From an uncultured Bacilli bacterium (GTDB lineage: Bacteria; Bacillota_I; Bacilli_A; RFN20; CAG-449), in NCBI GenBank assembly GCA_947632435.1, contig CANRPC010000003.1, forward strand, positions 5,326-69,325: DNA of 64,000 nt. Direction: 5' to 3'. Each line of letters starts with the position of its first letter. Position 1 is the stretch's first letter. This document shows positions 1-9,705 of the stretch, piece after piece. The notes beneath the pieces were generated by a model. That model saw nothing but the letters and a program-made list of their open reading frames with translations. It made no database searches and was not told the DNA's origin. A program made the translations under genes and the position numbers.

Positions 1-2132
1 CAATCTTTAAAAGCATATATTCCAACTCTTAACAAAGAAGAATCATCTTCAATTACCACATGGAGTAAATTTTTCATACCTTCAAAACATGACTCTTGAA
101 GTTCCATTACTCCTTTTGGAATAATAAAATCAATAACGTTTTGACAATTATAAAATGCTTTTTCATATATAAATTTTGTTTTTTCATTTATTAAAACTTC
201 ATTAACAGATTTATCTTTAGCTTTTATTAATAATAAATATTGATTAATTTCATCACCTAAATAATAACAATTGCCAAATTCATTAAAATTTAAAGAAGTA
301 CAATTTTCAATTATTTTACTACCAATTTGAATAATGCTATGAGGAATAATTAATTTTGTTAATGATGTACAATTACTAAAACAAGATTCTTCTAAAGAAG
401 TTAAATTAGTTTCTTCATCAAATTCTACCGTTTTTAAATTTGAACAATTAGCAAAACAAAATTTACCAATAGATGATAAAGATTGATTATTATTAAATTT
501 AACTGATTGTAAAGAAGAACAATTATAAAAAGCATAACCTTGCAATTCTTTTAATGAACTAGGAATAACAATATCATTTAAACAAGAATTATAAAAAGCG
601 TGACTTGAAATAATATTAAGACCTTCGTTTAAATTAAAATTATTTAAAGAAGTGCAATTTTCAAAAGCATATTCTTCAATAATTTTAATATTCTTACCTA
701 AAGTAATATTTGTTAATGATGAACAATTACTAAATAAATTATAAGAAATTGCATCAATATTATCATTTAAAATTACTGATTCTAATAAAGAACAGTTCAT
801 AAAACAAGAATCTAAAATAGAAACAACTTCTTCATTTAAATAAAATGAATTTAATTCATAACAATCACTAAAAGCTTCTTCATAAATAAATCTTGTATAT
901 TTTAAAGTATGACAAGTAACAATATCTTTATTTGCCTTTATTAATAAAAGATTTTTATTTTCTTCATTTCCCAAATAATAACAATTTTCATATTCATAAA
1001 AATTTAAATTTTCACAATTTGAAAAACTTGAATTTTTAACATAAAGCACATTATTTGGAATATTAACATTAATTAAAGAAGTACAATTTGAAAAAATTCC
1101 ATATTCAATGCTTAAAAGTTGATTAGACAAAATAACATCAGTTAAAAAAGTACAATTTTCAAATGCATAAGAAGATAAAGTTAATAAATTATTAGATAAA
1201 GAAATCGATTCCAAACTAGAATTAGCAAAAGAAGAACCACCTATAAAAACAATTTGTTCAAAATTTAAATGTTTAATTAATTTATTTTCATTAAAAGCTT
1301 GATAATAAATAATTTTTAAATCATAAGCTAAATCAGTTTCATTAACTAACTTATCTGCATTAATTAAACATAAATAAGGATTATTTTTACTTCCTAAATA
1401 TGAACATGAATTAAATTCATTATATTTTAATGATGGTGTATTATTAAAAGCTAAATCACCAATATAAATTAAATTATCACTTAAAGATATTGACTCTAAT
1501 TTTAAATAATCACTAAAGGCCTTTTCATAAATTAAAGAACAATCTTTATGAACATTTATATTTTTAACTTCTTTATCTTTATAAGAAACAAGAACTAAAT
1601 ACGGATTAATTAAACTACCTAAATATAAACAATTATCAAATTCATGATAAATCAAATTACTACATGAAGTAAAAACTTCACTTGATAAATATTTTAAATT
1701 ATTAGGTAAAATTAAAGTTTGTAAAGAAGAACAATTATAAAAAGCATTATCCCCTATATATTCTATAGAATCAGGTAAAATAATTTTTGTTAATGTAGAA
1801 CAATCTTTAAAAGCATTATCACTAAGAGCAATTATAGGTAATGAATTATAATAAGAAGGAATAATTACTTTATTAGAAGAAGGAATTTTTTTAATACTTA
1901 AAGCATAACCTCTTCCTAAATTAATAAAATTAAAATATTCATCATTAGTATATTCATTATCATCTTCTTCAAATGATGATAAAAATGAAGAAGTATTTGA
2001 TGTATCTATATTACTAGATGTATTAGAAGATTGACTAAAAGAATCAATATTAGAATTTTTATTAACAAAATTACAACTTGATATAAATAATAAATTTATG
2101 AAAAAAAATAATGTAAGTTTTTTTAAATTCAT
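1..2132 (-). CDS. BspA-type leucine-rich-repeat surface lipoprotein (3-prime end lies beyond window start)
   Basis: Absent from the ORF track because it has no stop inside the window. Hand translation of the minus strand from ATG 2130-2132 (GAGGT at 2137-2141) gives MNLKKLTLFFFINLLFISSCNFVN, a signal peptide with a lipobox-like Cys. An uninterrupted series of ~23-aa repeats follows (I.IP.S...I...AF..C..L), the BspA/LRR_5 style. The frame stays open to position 1. Confidence 0.75.
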   Translation of the reverse strand, partial: MNLKKLTLFFFINLLFISSCNFVNKNSNIDSFSQSSNTSSNIDTSNTSSFLSSFEEDDNEYTNDEYFNFINLGRGYALSIKKIPSSNKVIIPSYYNSLPIIALSDNAFKDCSTLTKIILPDSIEYIGDNAFYNCSSLQTLILPNNLKYLSSEVFTSCSNLIYHEFDNCLYLGSLINPYLVLVSYKDKEVKNINVHKDCSLIYEKAFSDYLKLESISLSDNLIYIGDLAFNNTPSLKYNEFNSCSYLGSKNNPYLCLINADKLVNETDLAYDLKIIYYQAFNENKLIKHLNFEQIVFIGGSSFANSSLESISLSNNLLTLSSYAFENCTFLTDVILSNQLLSIEYGIFSNCTSLINVNIPNNVLYVKNSSFSNCENLNFYEYENCYYLGNEENKNLLLIKANKDIVTCHTLKYTRFIYEEAFSDCYELNSFYLNEEVVSILDSCFMNCSLLESVILNDNIDAISYNLFSNCSSLTNITLGKNIKIIEEYAFENCTSLNNFNLNEGLNIISSHAFYNSCLNDIVIPSSLKELQGYAFYNCSSLQSVKFNNNQSLSSIGKFCFANCSNLKTVEFDEETNLTSLEESCFSNCTSLTKLIIPHSIIQIGSKIIENCTSLNFNEFGNCYYLGDEINQYLLLIKAKDKSVNEVLINEKTKFIYEKAFYNCQNVIDFIIPKGVMELQESCFEGMKNLLHVVIEDDSSLLRVGIYAFKD

Positions 2133-2413
2133 AAATACCTCGTTAACTATTAATATTATTTAAATTATAAAAAAACAAAATTTAATTTACAACATGGTAA
2201 TATTTATCTACATCAACATTTTATTAATAAAGAAAATTTTCACTCATTTAATTAAAATTATGTTTATTTAATATTGTTTTTATTATTAAAGCGGATATTT
2301 TAATAATTATTTTAAAAAAGTATTAATAAATTAGAATTGTATTTATAGAAATAAATAAAATTTTACTAATTTATTGTTTTTTGATACAATTATTAAAGGA
2401 GAATTACTATTTT

Positions 2414-3244
2414 ATGCCAAATAAACCTATTCTTGCATTTGTTTACGATTTTGATAAAACGCTTTGTAGCGATGATATGCAAAATTTTTCTTTTATTCCA
2501 TCTTTAGGTATGGAACCACATGAATTTTGGGAAAAAACAGCAATTTTTTCGGAAAGATATGGTGTGGAAAAAATTTTATCCTATATGTATATGATGATTT
2601 ACTGTTGTAAAAAGAAAAACATTGCTATTTCTCGTGAATGGTTAAACTCTTTAGGAAAAGATGTTAAGTTTTATGATGGAGTTACCACTTGGTTTGAAAG
2701 AATCAATTCTTATGGTGAAGAAAAAGGTATTAAAGTAGAACATTATATTTTATCTTCTGGAACTAAAGAAATAATTGAAGGTACTTCAATCGCTAAAGAA
2801 TTTACAAGAATTTTTGGATGTGAATTCATTTATGATGAAAATGGTATTGCTTTATGGCCTAAAAATACAATAAATTACACTTCTAAAACACAATATTTAT
2901 ACCGCATTTCTAAAGGTGCTTTAGATATTAATGATGATGAAAAAGTCAATCAACGAATTGAAACAAAAAGAGTACCTTTTCGCAATATTGTATATTTAGG
3001 TGATGGAATGACCGATGTTCCATGTATGGCTATAGTAAGAGAAAAAGGTGGAAGAGCAATTGCTGTTTGCCCAAAGGGTAAAGAAGAAAAAGTTAAACAA
3101 CTTTATGCTGATGAAAGAATAAATTTTTATTGTTATGCTGATTATCGTTCAGGATCTAAATTAGAAAAATACGCTAAATTGATTATTGATGCTACCGCAG
3201 TAACTGAGCAATTATCAAAAAAAGAAAGTAAATTAGAAAGTTAA
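2414..3244 (+). CDS. HAD-superfamily hydrolase/phosphatase
   Basis: Has the DxDxT-type motif VYDFDKTL near the N-terminus and GDGMTDVP late in the protein. AAGGAG at 2396-2401 precedes ATG 2414; the track ORF begins at an upstream TTG (2381). Confidence 0.7.
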   Translation: MPNKPILAFVYDFDKTLCSDDMQNFSFIPSLGMEPHEFWEKTAIFSERYGVEKILSYMYMMIYCCKKKNIAISREWLNSLGKDVKFYDGVTTWFERINSYGEEKGIKVEHYILSSGTKEIIEGTSIAKEFTRIFGCEFIYDENGIALWPKNTINYTSKTQYLYRISKGALDINDDEKVNQRIETKRVPFRNIVYLGDGMTDVPCMAIVREKGGRAIAVCPKGKEEKVKQLYADERINFYCYADYRSGSKLEKYAKLIIDATAVTEQLSKKESKLES

Positions 3245-3249
3245 AATTT

Positions 3250-4095
3250 ATGAATGATTTACAAAAGAAATTACTAGAAATATTAAAAGAATTTATTAGA
3301 GTATGTGAAGAAGAACATTTAACATATTTTCTTGTAGGTGGTACTTGTCTTGGTGCTATAAGACATCAAGGCTTTATACCTTGGGATGATGATGTCGATG
3401 TAGCTATGCCTCGCCCTGATTATGAAAAATTTTTAACATTACAACATAAATTTAAAAAAAATTATTTCATCCAAACATACAAAACAGATAAAAATTATAT
3501 TTTAAATTTTGCCAAATTAAGAGATTCCTCGACAACATTTATCGAGGACTTTTATCGTACATTTCAAATAAATCATGGAATATGGATTGATGTATTTCCT
3601 CTTGATGGGATGTCTAAAAAAAATAAAAAACCTGCCTCTTTAGCATATAAAGTAAGATATGTTTGGTGGAATACATTTATGATGTATTTACCTGGATTAA
3701 GAAGAAAAATACGTAAACAAACATTTTTTAAAGATATTTCTTTATCTTTAGTTTCTATACTTTTCTTCTGGCTTAATATCTGTCATTTAAGAAATAAATG
3801 GACTGATCATTATATGAAAAGAATTCCTTATGAAAAAGCTTATCTTGTTGGCAATTTAGTGGGAAATAATCACAAAAAAGAAGCTATGCCAAAATCACTT
3901 TTTGAATCATCAAAAAAAGTATTATTTGAAGGCATTGAAGTTAACGTTCCTTATGACTATGATAAATATTTAACTTTACTATTCAATGATTATATGAAAT
4001 TACCACCTATTGATAAACAATTTGGTCATCACCATAATAAAGGATTATCATTAACTATAGGATATAAAGATTATATTAAGGAACACCGCTTATGA
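3250..4095 (+). CDS. licD: LicD-family phosphotransferase (phosphocholine / polyol-phosphate transferase)
   Basis: N-terminal LLEILKEF..VCEE..L.YFL.GGT.LGAIRH.GFIPWDDDVDV..PR.DYEKF is the classic LicD signature. The stop overlaps the next start (ATGA at 4092-4095). Confidence 0.75.
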   Translation: MNDLQKKLLEILKEFIRVCEEEHLTYFLVGGTCLGAIRHQGFIPWDDDVDVAMPRPDYEKFLTLQHKFKKNYFIQTYKTDKNYILNFAKLRDSSTTFIEDFYRTFQINHGIWIDVFPLDGMSKKNKKPASLAYKVRYVWWNTFMMYLPGLRRKIRKQTFFKDISLSLVSILFFWLNICHLRNKWTDHYMKRIPYEKAYLVGNLVGNNHKKEAMPKSLFESSKKVLFEGIEVNVPYDYDKYLTLLFNDYMKLPPIDKQFGHHHNKGLSLTIGYKDYIKEHRL

Positions 4096-4778
4096 ATATT
4101 GCAATTATTGTTTCTTCTGGTAAAGGCACAAGAATAAGAAATTATAATTTACCAAAGCAATTTATCGTTATAAAAAATCAACCAATAATTGCTTATACAT
4201 TAAAAACTTTTCAAAATGCCTCTAAAATTGATAAAATTTTAGTGGTCACAAGCAAAGAATATTTTTCTTTAATGCAAGAAATTTGTTTAGAAAATAAAAT
4301 CACTAAATTAATAAGTATTGTCGAAGGTGGTAAAACAAGACAAGAATCAGTTTATAATGCTTTAAAATATTTAAAAGAATATCAAATAAAAGATGATGAT
4401 ATCATTTTAATTCATGATGGTGTTAGAGCTTTAATTTCAGAAGAAATTATTACAAATAATATTAAGGCAAGTGAAAAATATGATGGTGTTTCAACCGCGC
4501 TTAAAGTAAAAGATACAATAATAAAAGTAAATGAAGAGGATATTTTAGAACAAACATTAAATAGAGATGAACTATATCAAGTTCAAACACCTCAGACATT
4601 TAAATTTAAAATTATTTATAATGCTCATTTAAAATATGCGAATAATTTTAATTTATTCACCGATGATGCAACATTAGTCAAAAGTTTAAATTATAAAATT
4701 CATTTAGTTGAAGGCTCATTTTTTAATTTTAAAATCACATTTGACGAAGATATCGATTTATTTAAAAAACTTGTATAA
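4092..4778 (+). CDS. IspD/TarI-type cytidylyltransferase (CDP-alcohol synthesis)
   Basis: N-terminal AIIVSSGKGTRI....PKQF and the ~228 aa length fit the IspD/TarI nucleotidyltransferase family. It is translationally coupled to the LicD gene. Confidence 0.7.
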   Translation: MNIAIIVSSGKGTRIRNYNLPKQFIVIKNQPIIAYTLKTFQNASKIDKILVVTSKEYFSLMQEICLENKITKLISIVEGGKTRQESVYNALKYLKEYQIKDDDIILIHDGVRALISEEIITNNIKASEKYDGVSTALKVKDTIIKVNEEDILEQTLNRDELYQVQTPQTFKFKIIYNAHLKYANNFNLFTDDATLVKSLNYKIHLVEGSFFNFKITFDEDIDLFKKLV

Positions 4779-4832
4779 ATAAAAGAAATTAATTGATTAA
4801 ATTTTTATTAATACTAACCATTTTCAAATACA

Positions 4833-6227
4833 TTATTTTACATATTCATAATAAGTATTTTTCCCATACCCATGACGAACTATTTTACCATTCTGTAATA
4901 ATTTTGATAACAATTTTGTCGCGTGTATTTTTTCTACATTTAATAAATTTCTACATTTTTCATTATTAATTGTTCCATTTTTTTTGATAAAATCAATAAT
5001 CATTTGTTCTTGATTGTTGTTATTTAATTCTTGTTGAGAATTACTAATAAATGAAACCTCAACTTCAAATATATCTTTATCAAAGAAAATTGGCGTAGAA
5101 TGAAAATATTTCATACAAACATCATTTATTTTTCTAATACCAGAGCCTAATTCATCTGCATATCCAATTTTCCTGAAAACTTTTGCGATAATTGCATTTT
5201 TAGAAAATGGCTCAAAATTATCAACACTTAAAATTTGATAATTTATAGACATATTTGGATTTTTAGCAATTATTTTATCTTTATAAATTATTATTTTTGG
5301 TGCTGTTGCATCCATAAAATCTCTATGGATTAACAAATTACAAACTATTTCTCTTACAACTACACCTGTTGCATTATATGTAACACCATTTTCATCTAAA
5401 AAGAATGGTGCTTCAATATTGGAATTTATATATTTTTGAATCTTGTCAAAACTATTGATAAGATTTTCTTCGCAAACATATCTATCATCATATCTTTCAA
5501 TATCTTTAATTCGTTTAATGATATCAACTTTATACCAACTCATAATAGATGAAATTATTTCTTTTTTTCCAAATAATAAAATTGATGCTAAATTAAATCC
5601 ATATTCCCCAGTTTCAAAATCTTTTTTGTAAAAATTTGGTTGTTTTAAAATTTCTTCATTTGTTAAATCTTTCCATTCGGAATCACTATTTTTAATTATC
5701 GATAATTTGCGAGCTTTGTTAATTGTTTCATTATCAAAATCATCAATAGTTATATTTTTATAAATAAAGTCTTCACTACTTCTTCCACTTTTTCTTAAAT
5801 ATAATCTTTTTAAAGCATATTGATTATTAGTAATATCTCTATCTCCTTTATCTGTTCGTTCATATATAATTGAATTATTCAATTTATGAACTTCTGAACT
5901 TTCTGGAACATAAACATATAAAATCAATTTATCATCAATATACATTTCTTGAAGCATTAAAGGCATAGGTGGATTTATTTTCTGTGGATTATTAACCAAA
6001 TTAGCAAAATCTAATTTAATTTTATCTACAACATCTTCATTTATCCCAACAATTTTTTTATTATCAGAAACTCCAAAAATACAATAGCCACCCTTTTTAT
6101 TCAAAAAAGCAACTATTGTTTCTAAAAAAGATAAGCTCAAATCATTTTTAGATTCTTTAAATTCAACAGAAATATTTTCTCCTGAAAGAATCATTTCTTT
6201 CATTTGCTTTACATTCATAACATTCAC
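4833..6227 (-). CDS. AlbA_2 (Schlafen-like divergent AAA) + HATPase_c_4-like + winged-helix protein
   Basis: The N-terminus E.ISVEFKES....L.TIVAFLNKKGGYCIFGVSD matches the AlbA_2 pattern. REIVCNLLIHRDF...ADELGSGIRKI resembles the RecG-C-terminal-like HATPase_c_4 module. The C-terminus FIKKNGTINNEKCRNLL...LLSKLLQNGKIVRHG looks like a wHTH. Confidence 0.6.
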   Translation of the reverse strand: MNVMNVKQMKEMILSGENISVEFKESKNDLSLSFLETIVAFLNKKGGYCIFGVSDNKKIVGINEDVVDKIKLDFANLVNNPQKINPPMPLMLQEMYIDDKLILYVYVPESSEVHKLNNSIIYERTDKGDRDITNNQYALKRLYLRKSGRSSEDFIYKNITIDDFDNETINKARKLSIIKNSDSEWKDLTNEEILKQPNFYKKDFETGEYGFNLASILLFGKKEIISSIMSWYKVDIIKRIKDIERYDDRYVCEENLINSFDKIQKYINSNIEAPFFLDENGVTYNATGVVVREIVCNLLIHRDFMDATAPKIIIYKDKIIAKNPNMSINYQILSVDNFEPFSKNAIIAKVFRKIGYADELGSGIRKINDVCMKYFHSTPIFFDKDIFEVEVSFISNSQQELNNNNQEQMIIDFIKKNGTINNEKCRNLLNVEKIHATKLLSKLLQNGKIVRHGYGKNTYYEYVK

Positions 6228-6342
6228 CTAGCTTTTCTAATAAATAGTTTAACATTTTTTTATAACTTTTTCGATATTTTTTATTAATTAGATTTCACAT
6301 CTTTATTTGTTTCAACAACAAAAATTAATTGTTTCATTATTA

Positions 6343-7659
6343 TTATTCCTCATCATTTATAAGTGATTGAATAAAATCTATAGATGAAACGTTAAATGGT
6401 GAATATTCAATTAATCCATTAACATATTTATTTAATGGAGATTTATTACCATTTTTTGTCCAACTAGTCAATCTAGAATCATTTGATAAAAAATCTAAAG
6501 AATGTGAATTAGATTTCAAAATATTAATTGGCTCAATATTATGAGTTGTAAAACATAATTGTCCTTCTGAATAGTCTTTCATAAATTCAATTAGTTTAGC
6601 AAAATATACATCATGCAAATTAGCATCAAATTCATCAATAAAAACAATTTTTCCATTTGTGCATGCTTTAAGAACATTAAATAAACGGACAAGTTTTTTT
6701 ATACCTGTACTTTCAAATTCAATATCAATTGCAAAATTTTCATAATGTAAAATTTTTTTACAAAAATATTTATCACCATTTATTTTTTTCTCAATTTCTA
6801 TTTTTGTTAAATTTGGTTTAAAAATTTTTAAAAATTGCTCTAATCTTTTTACAAATTTTTTATAGTCTTCAAAATAATTTTTAGCTACACAATCATCATT
6901 TTTAATAGAAAGAGTTAAATTTAATTCTTCTTTACTTTTTATAAAAAAATCTTCCTCATTTAAAGAATAATTATTTAATTGTTCTAGCAAAAGTTTATCA
7001 GAAATATAATTTTCGTGTAAATCTTCTTCCATATGTACAAAAAGATGCGCAGCAAATATTCTTGTTAATAAAATATAAACATCTACATCTTTTAAAGGCA
7101 TCTTTTTAGTAATAATCAAAATGGAATTTTTATCAAGTAAATTAATTGTTTTAGCATAAATTAAAGATTTTTCAACGTTTTTATAACCATCTATTAAAAT
7201 TAATTTTCCATTTTCAATAGAAGCAATTTCTTTAAAATTTTCATCAATTATTTGTCTTCCTTTTAAAAGATATAACTTCTCTTTTTCAATAAAAACTTCT
7301 TCATTTTGGGTATTAAAAATTATTAAATGTCTTAAAGAAATGTATCTATTATTATCATCAAAAAATAAAAATGTTAATTCTATTTCCATTTTTTTTAATT
7401 CTTTATTAATACTTTTTTTAACAAAATTAGAAAATATTTTATCGTTCAAACCATCATTATCACAAATAAGTTTTTTATAAATATACATCGCGGACATAAT
7501 CGCAGATTTACCTGCTCCATTTGGACCATAAATAGCTTTAATTTTTGATTTTTCCAAATTCATATTTTTTGTTATAGTTTTGTTGCAAAACCTTAAATCA
7601 ATCATTTTATCAATGTTTTTGCAACCATTAATTTTTAATTCACTTAAAAAGAATTTCAT
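6343..7659 (-). CDS. AAA_15/AAA_21-type ABC-like ATPase (Abi-like), no nuclease partner
   Basis: Walker A is IYGPNGAGKSA, the signature-like motif is ESTGIKKL, Walker B is IVFIDEFDANLHD, and the H-loop-like motif is FTTHN. The likely start is ATG 7657-7659 (MKFFLSELKING) after GGGTGGA; the track ORF extends to 7713. Confidence 0.65.
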   Translation of the reverse strand: MKFFLSELKINGCKNIDKMIDLRFCNKTITKNMNLEKSKIKAIYGPNGAGKSAIMSAMYIYKKLICDNDGLNDKIFSNFVKKSINKELKKMEIELTFLFFDDNNRYISLRHLIIFNTQNEEVFIEKEKLYLLKGRQIIDENFKEIASIENGKLILIDGYKNVEKSLIYAKTINLLDKNSILIITKKMPLKDVDVYILLTRIFAAHLFVHMEEDLHENYISDKLLLEQLNNYSLNEEDFFIKSKEELNLTLSIKNDDCVAKNYFEDYKKFVKRLEQFLKIFKPNLTKIEIEKKINGDKYFCKKILHYENFAIDIEFESTGIKKLVRLFNVLKACTNGKIVFIDEFDANLHDVYFAKLIEFMKDYSEGQLCFTTHNIEPINILKSNSHSLDFLSNDSRLTSWTKNGNKSPLNKYVNGLIEYSPFNVSSIDFIQSLINDEE

Positions 7660-7897
7660 ATTTTTATCCACCCTTAGCAATATTATAAACAAATTCTCAA
7701 AAAAGATATACATTTTTGTATTTTATTTTTATAATTAGATATAAAATTTATCTTAGCAAAAAACAAGATTTTTTTTAAGAAGAAGAACTTGATGTGGATA
7801 TCATTACAAACAATGGAATTTTTATATTTTAAATACGAAAGAAGAAAATTATGATTTTAGAAGGAAAAATGTTGATTAATAGATGATTAAGAATCTT

Positions 7898-8863
7898 TTA
7901 ATATAAATATATATTTCCCTCTTCATATAAACTTACCTCAACATTATAATCAATTGATACATCACTAAGAGCAAAAATAAATTCAGTCCATGAAATAGAA
8001 TTATTTAAACGTGTGACTTTCATATATTCTTCATTATTGTACTTAACTATTATCTGAAATGATACATTGCAAAATGTTTTATAATTATTTTTTATCTCAA
8101 CTTCTAATGACATTTTATCTTCGATGTTGTAATTAAAACTATAATTAATATTAAAATATTCTTTATAGTTTTCTTCAGTAATGTTTATCGTTTGAACATT
8201 ATTATCCGATAAAATAACATAATTCTTGTATATATTATATTGTAAATCATCCACTTTAGTGGAACCATAAAGATAAATTAAATTACATTTATGAAGTGAA
8301 ATTGTCAAATTATTTTCTATTCCATAATTATCCCAAAAGAATCCAAAAGAAGTGAATTCAAATTCTATAGATATGCTATAAATATTTGATTGATCATCTT
8401 TTAATGAATAATAGATTACAAAGTCATGTTCTCTTGGTGTTGATTTACCAGAAGTATAAGAGGAGAAACTATAATAGTCATAAACATCTGAACTATGATA
8501 AAGAAGCTGATTATTATACGTATCGAACTCATTTATGTGATAAAATTTCTCATCAATCATAAAATAAGTATCTTTTATTTTTTCATTAGTTTGCAAATAA
8601 GAAAATACTTCTTCAACATAAGTAAAATAATATTGTTCATTTTCAACTTTACATGTGTATCTATTATCCCAAGATAACTGAGCTGTTTGCTTAGGAGGAT
8701 TTAAATCATCTACCCCAAATTCTTTTAATATTTTTTCATCAATGAAACTTTCTTTCATGTTAGGTCTAGTAGAATTAATATAACATTCTACACTTAGTCC
8801 AATTATGGAAATAACTAGTAAACTAGAAGTTATTATAATTAATAAACGTTTATATAATTTCAA
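7898..8863 (-). CDS. N-terminally membrane-anchored hypothetical protein
   Basis: 321-aa ORF with an N-terminal hydrophobic helix (LLIIITSSLLVISIIGLSV). No recognisable catalytic motif. Confidence 0.45.
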   Translation of the reverse strand: MKLYKRLLIIITSSLLVISIIGLSVECYINSTRPNMKESFIDEKILKEFGVDDLNPPKQTAQLSWDNRYTCKVENEQYYFTYVEEVFSYLQTNEKIKDTYFMIDEKFYHINEFDTYNNQLLYHSSDVYDYYSFSSYTSGKSTPREHDFVIYYSLKDDQSNIYSISIEFEFTSFGFFWDNYGIENNLTISLHKCNLIYLYGSTKVDDLQYNIYKNYVILSDNNVQTINITEENYKEYFNINYSFNYNIEDKMSLEVEIKNNYKTFCNVSFQIIVKYNNEEYMKVTRLNNSISWTEFIFALSDVSIDYNVEVSLYEEGNIYLY

Positions 8864-9337
8864 TGTTTTTACCTCTATTTGAATTATTAGACAAATTGCA
8901 TAATTAATATAACAATTCTTTTCTTTAATATTTTATAAAATATTTTTTATTTTATTTCAAGAGTATTATACTTTTTTTAAAAAAATTAATTATAATTTTC
9001 AAAAATAAAAAAGTAATAAATAAATTAAGCTTTAAAAAGCAATCACGTATTTGAGATTTAACACATTAAAGTTTAGGATTAAAAATTATTATATAAAATA
9101 AAAATAAAAGTATTGATAAATTTAACAAATGATTACTAAAAGATAATTTTAATAATTCTTAAGATATAATTTTATTTGTCAATAAGTAGAATTAACTCTA
9201 TATATATATTGATTTTACAAAATATTTATAATTAGTAATTTATATAATGTTTTATATTTAAAGTTTCTTGACTAAATACATTAAAACATACACTATTTAA
9301 CATTCTTTACATATATATAATTTTGAAAAGAGGTTTT

Positions 9338-9634
9338 ATGAAAATTAAGAATTTATTAATCCTTCCTCTTATGCTTTTAGGTTTACCTTTAGTTTCTTGT
9401 AATAAACAAGAAAATAATAAAATAACCATCGCAGAGGTAACTCATTCCATATTTTATGCACCTATGTATGTAGCAAAAAACAAAGGATTCTTCAAAGAAG
9501 AAGGACTTGATGTAGATATCATTACTACGCCTGGCGCGGATAAAACAATGGCATCTTTGCTTTCTAAAGACTCGCAAATTGGTTTAATGGGGAAGAGCCC
9601 TGAATTGGAGCGTCAACTCCAATATCATTCATAA
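9338..9634 (+). pseudogene. 5-prime fragment of NMT1/SsuA-type ABC substrate-binding lipoprotein gene, interrupted at ~9590
   Basis: AAGAGG RBS followed by ATG 9338. The product starts MKIKNLLILPLMLLGLPLVSC (lipobox) and continues ITIAEVTHSIFYAPMYVAKNKGFFKEEGLDVDI, which is typical of NMT1/THI5-like SBPs. After ...SQIGLMG the frame runs into foreign sequence and stops at 9632-9634. Confidence 0.8.
9565..9616. other. attL (host arm 9565-9589, GG core 9590-9591, element arm 9592-9616)
   Basis: This is the junction deduced from restoring the SBP reading frame. The element arm gaagagccctgaattggagcgtcaa is the imperfect inverted copy of the element arm at attR. Confidence 0.6.
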
Positions 9635-9705
9635 TCACTACTTAGTGCCCAATCTAGTTTTATTTTTGAACTTTATTAATTCATTTTGTAAAAGTCTCTT
9701 TACAA

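Noticed and set aside
5443-5631. 62-aa plus-strand ORF inside the AlbA_2 gene. The same applies to 8495-8677, 9389-9577, 10048-10335, 20276-20497, 21002-21286 and 22211-22429.
   Set aside because: These are antisense shadow ORFs fully embedded in longer, motif-supported genes. They are low-complexity and Ile/Phe/Leu/Lys-rich, as expected from AT-rich antisense frames, and have no RBS.
8864-9322. Riboswitch (e.g. TPP) in the long leader upstream of the NMT1/THI5-like SBP gene.
   Set aside because: The 460-bp region is almost pure A/T, with no conserved CUGAGA/ACCUGA-type elements or G/C stems. An Rfam scan would settle it.
9633-9640. Extra AATCACTA motif near both element ends (9633-9640, and inverted at 38137-38144) as extended terminal inverted repeats of a transposon.
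   Set aside because: It is only 8 bp, and its distance from the GAGCGTCAA block differs (17 nt vs 0 nt). The 25-nt arms around the GG core explain the ends better.
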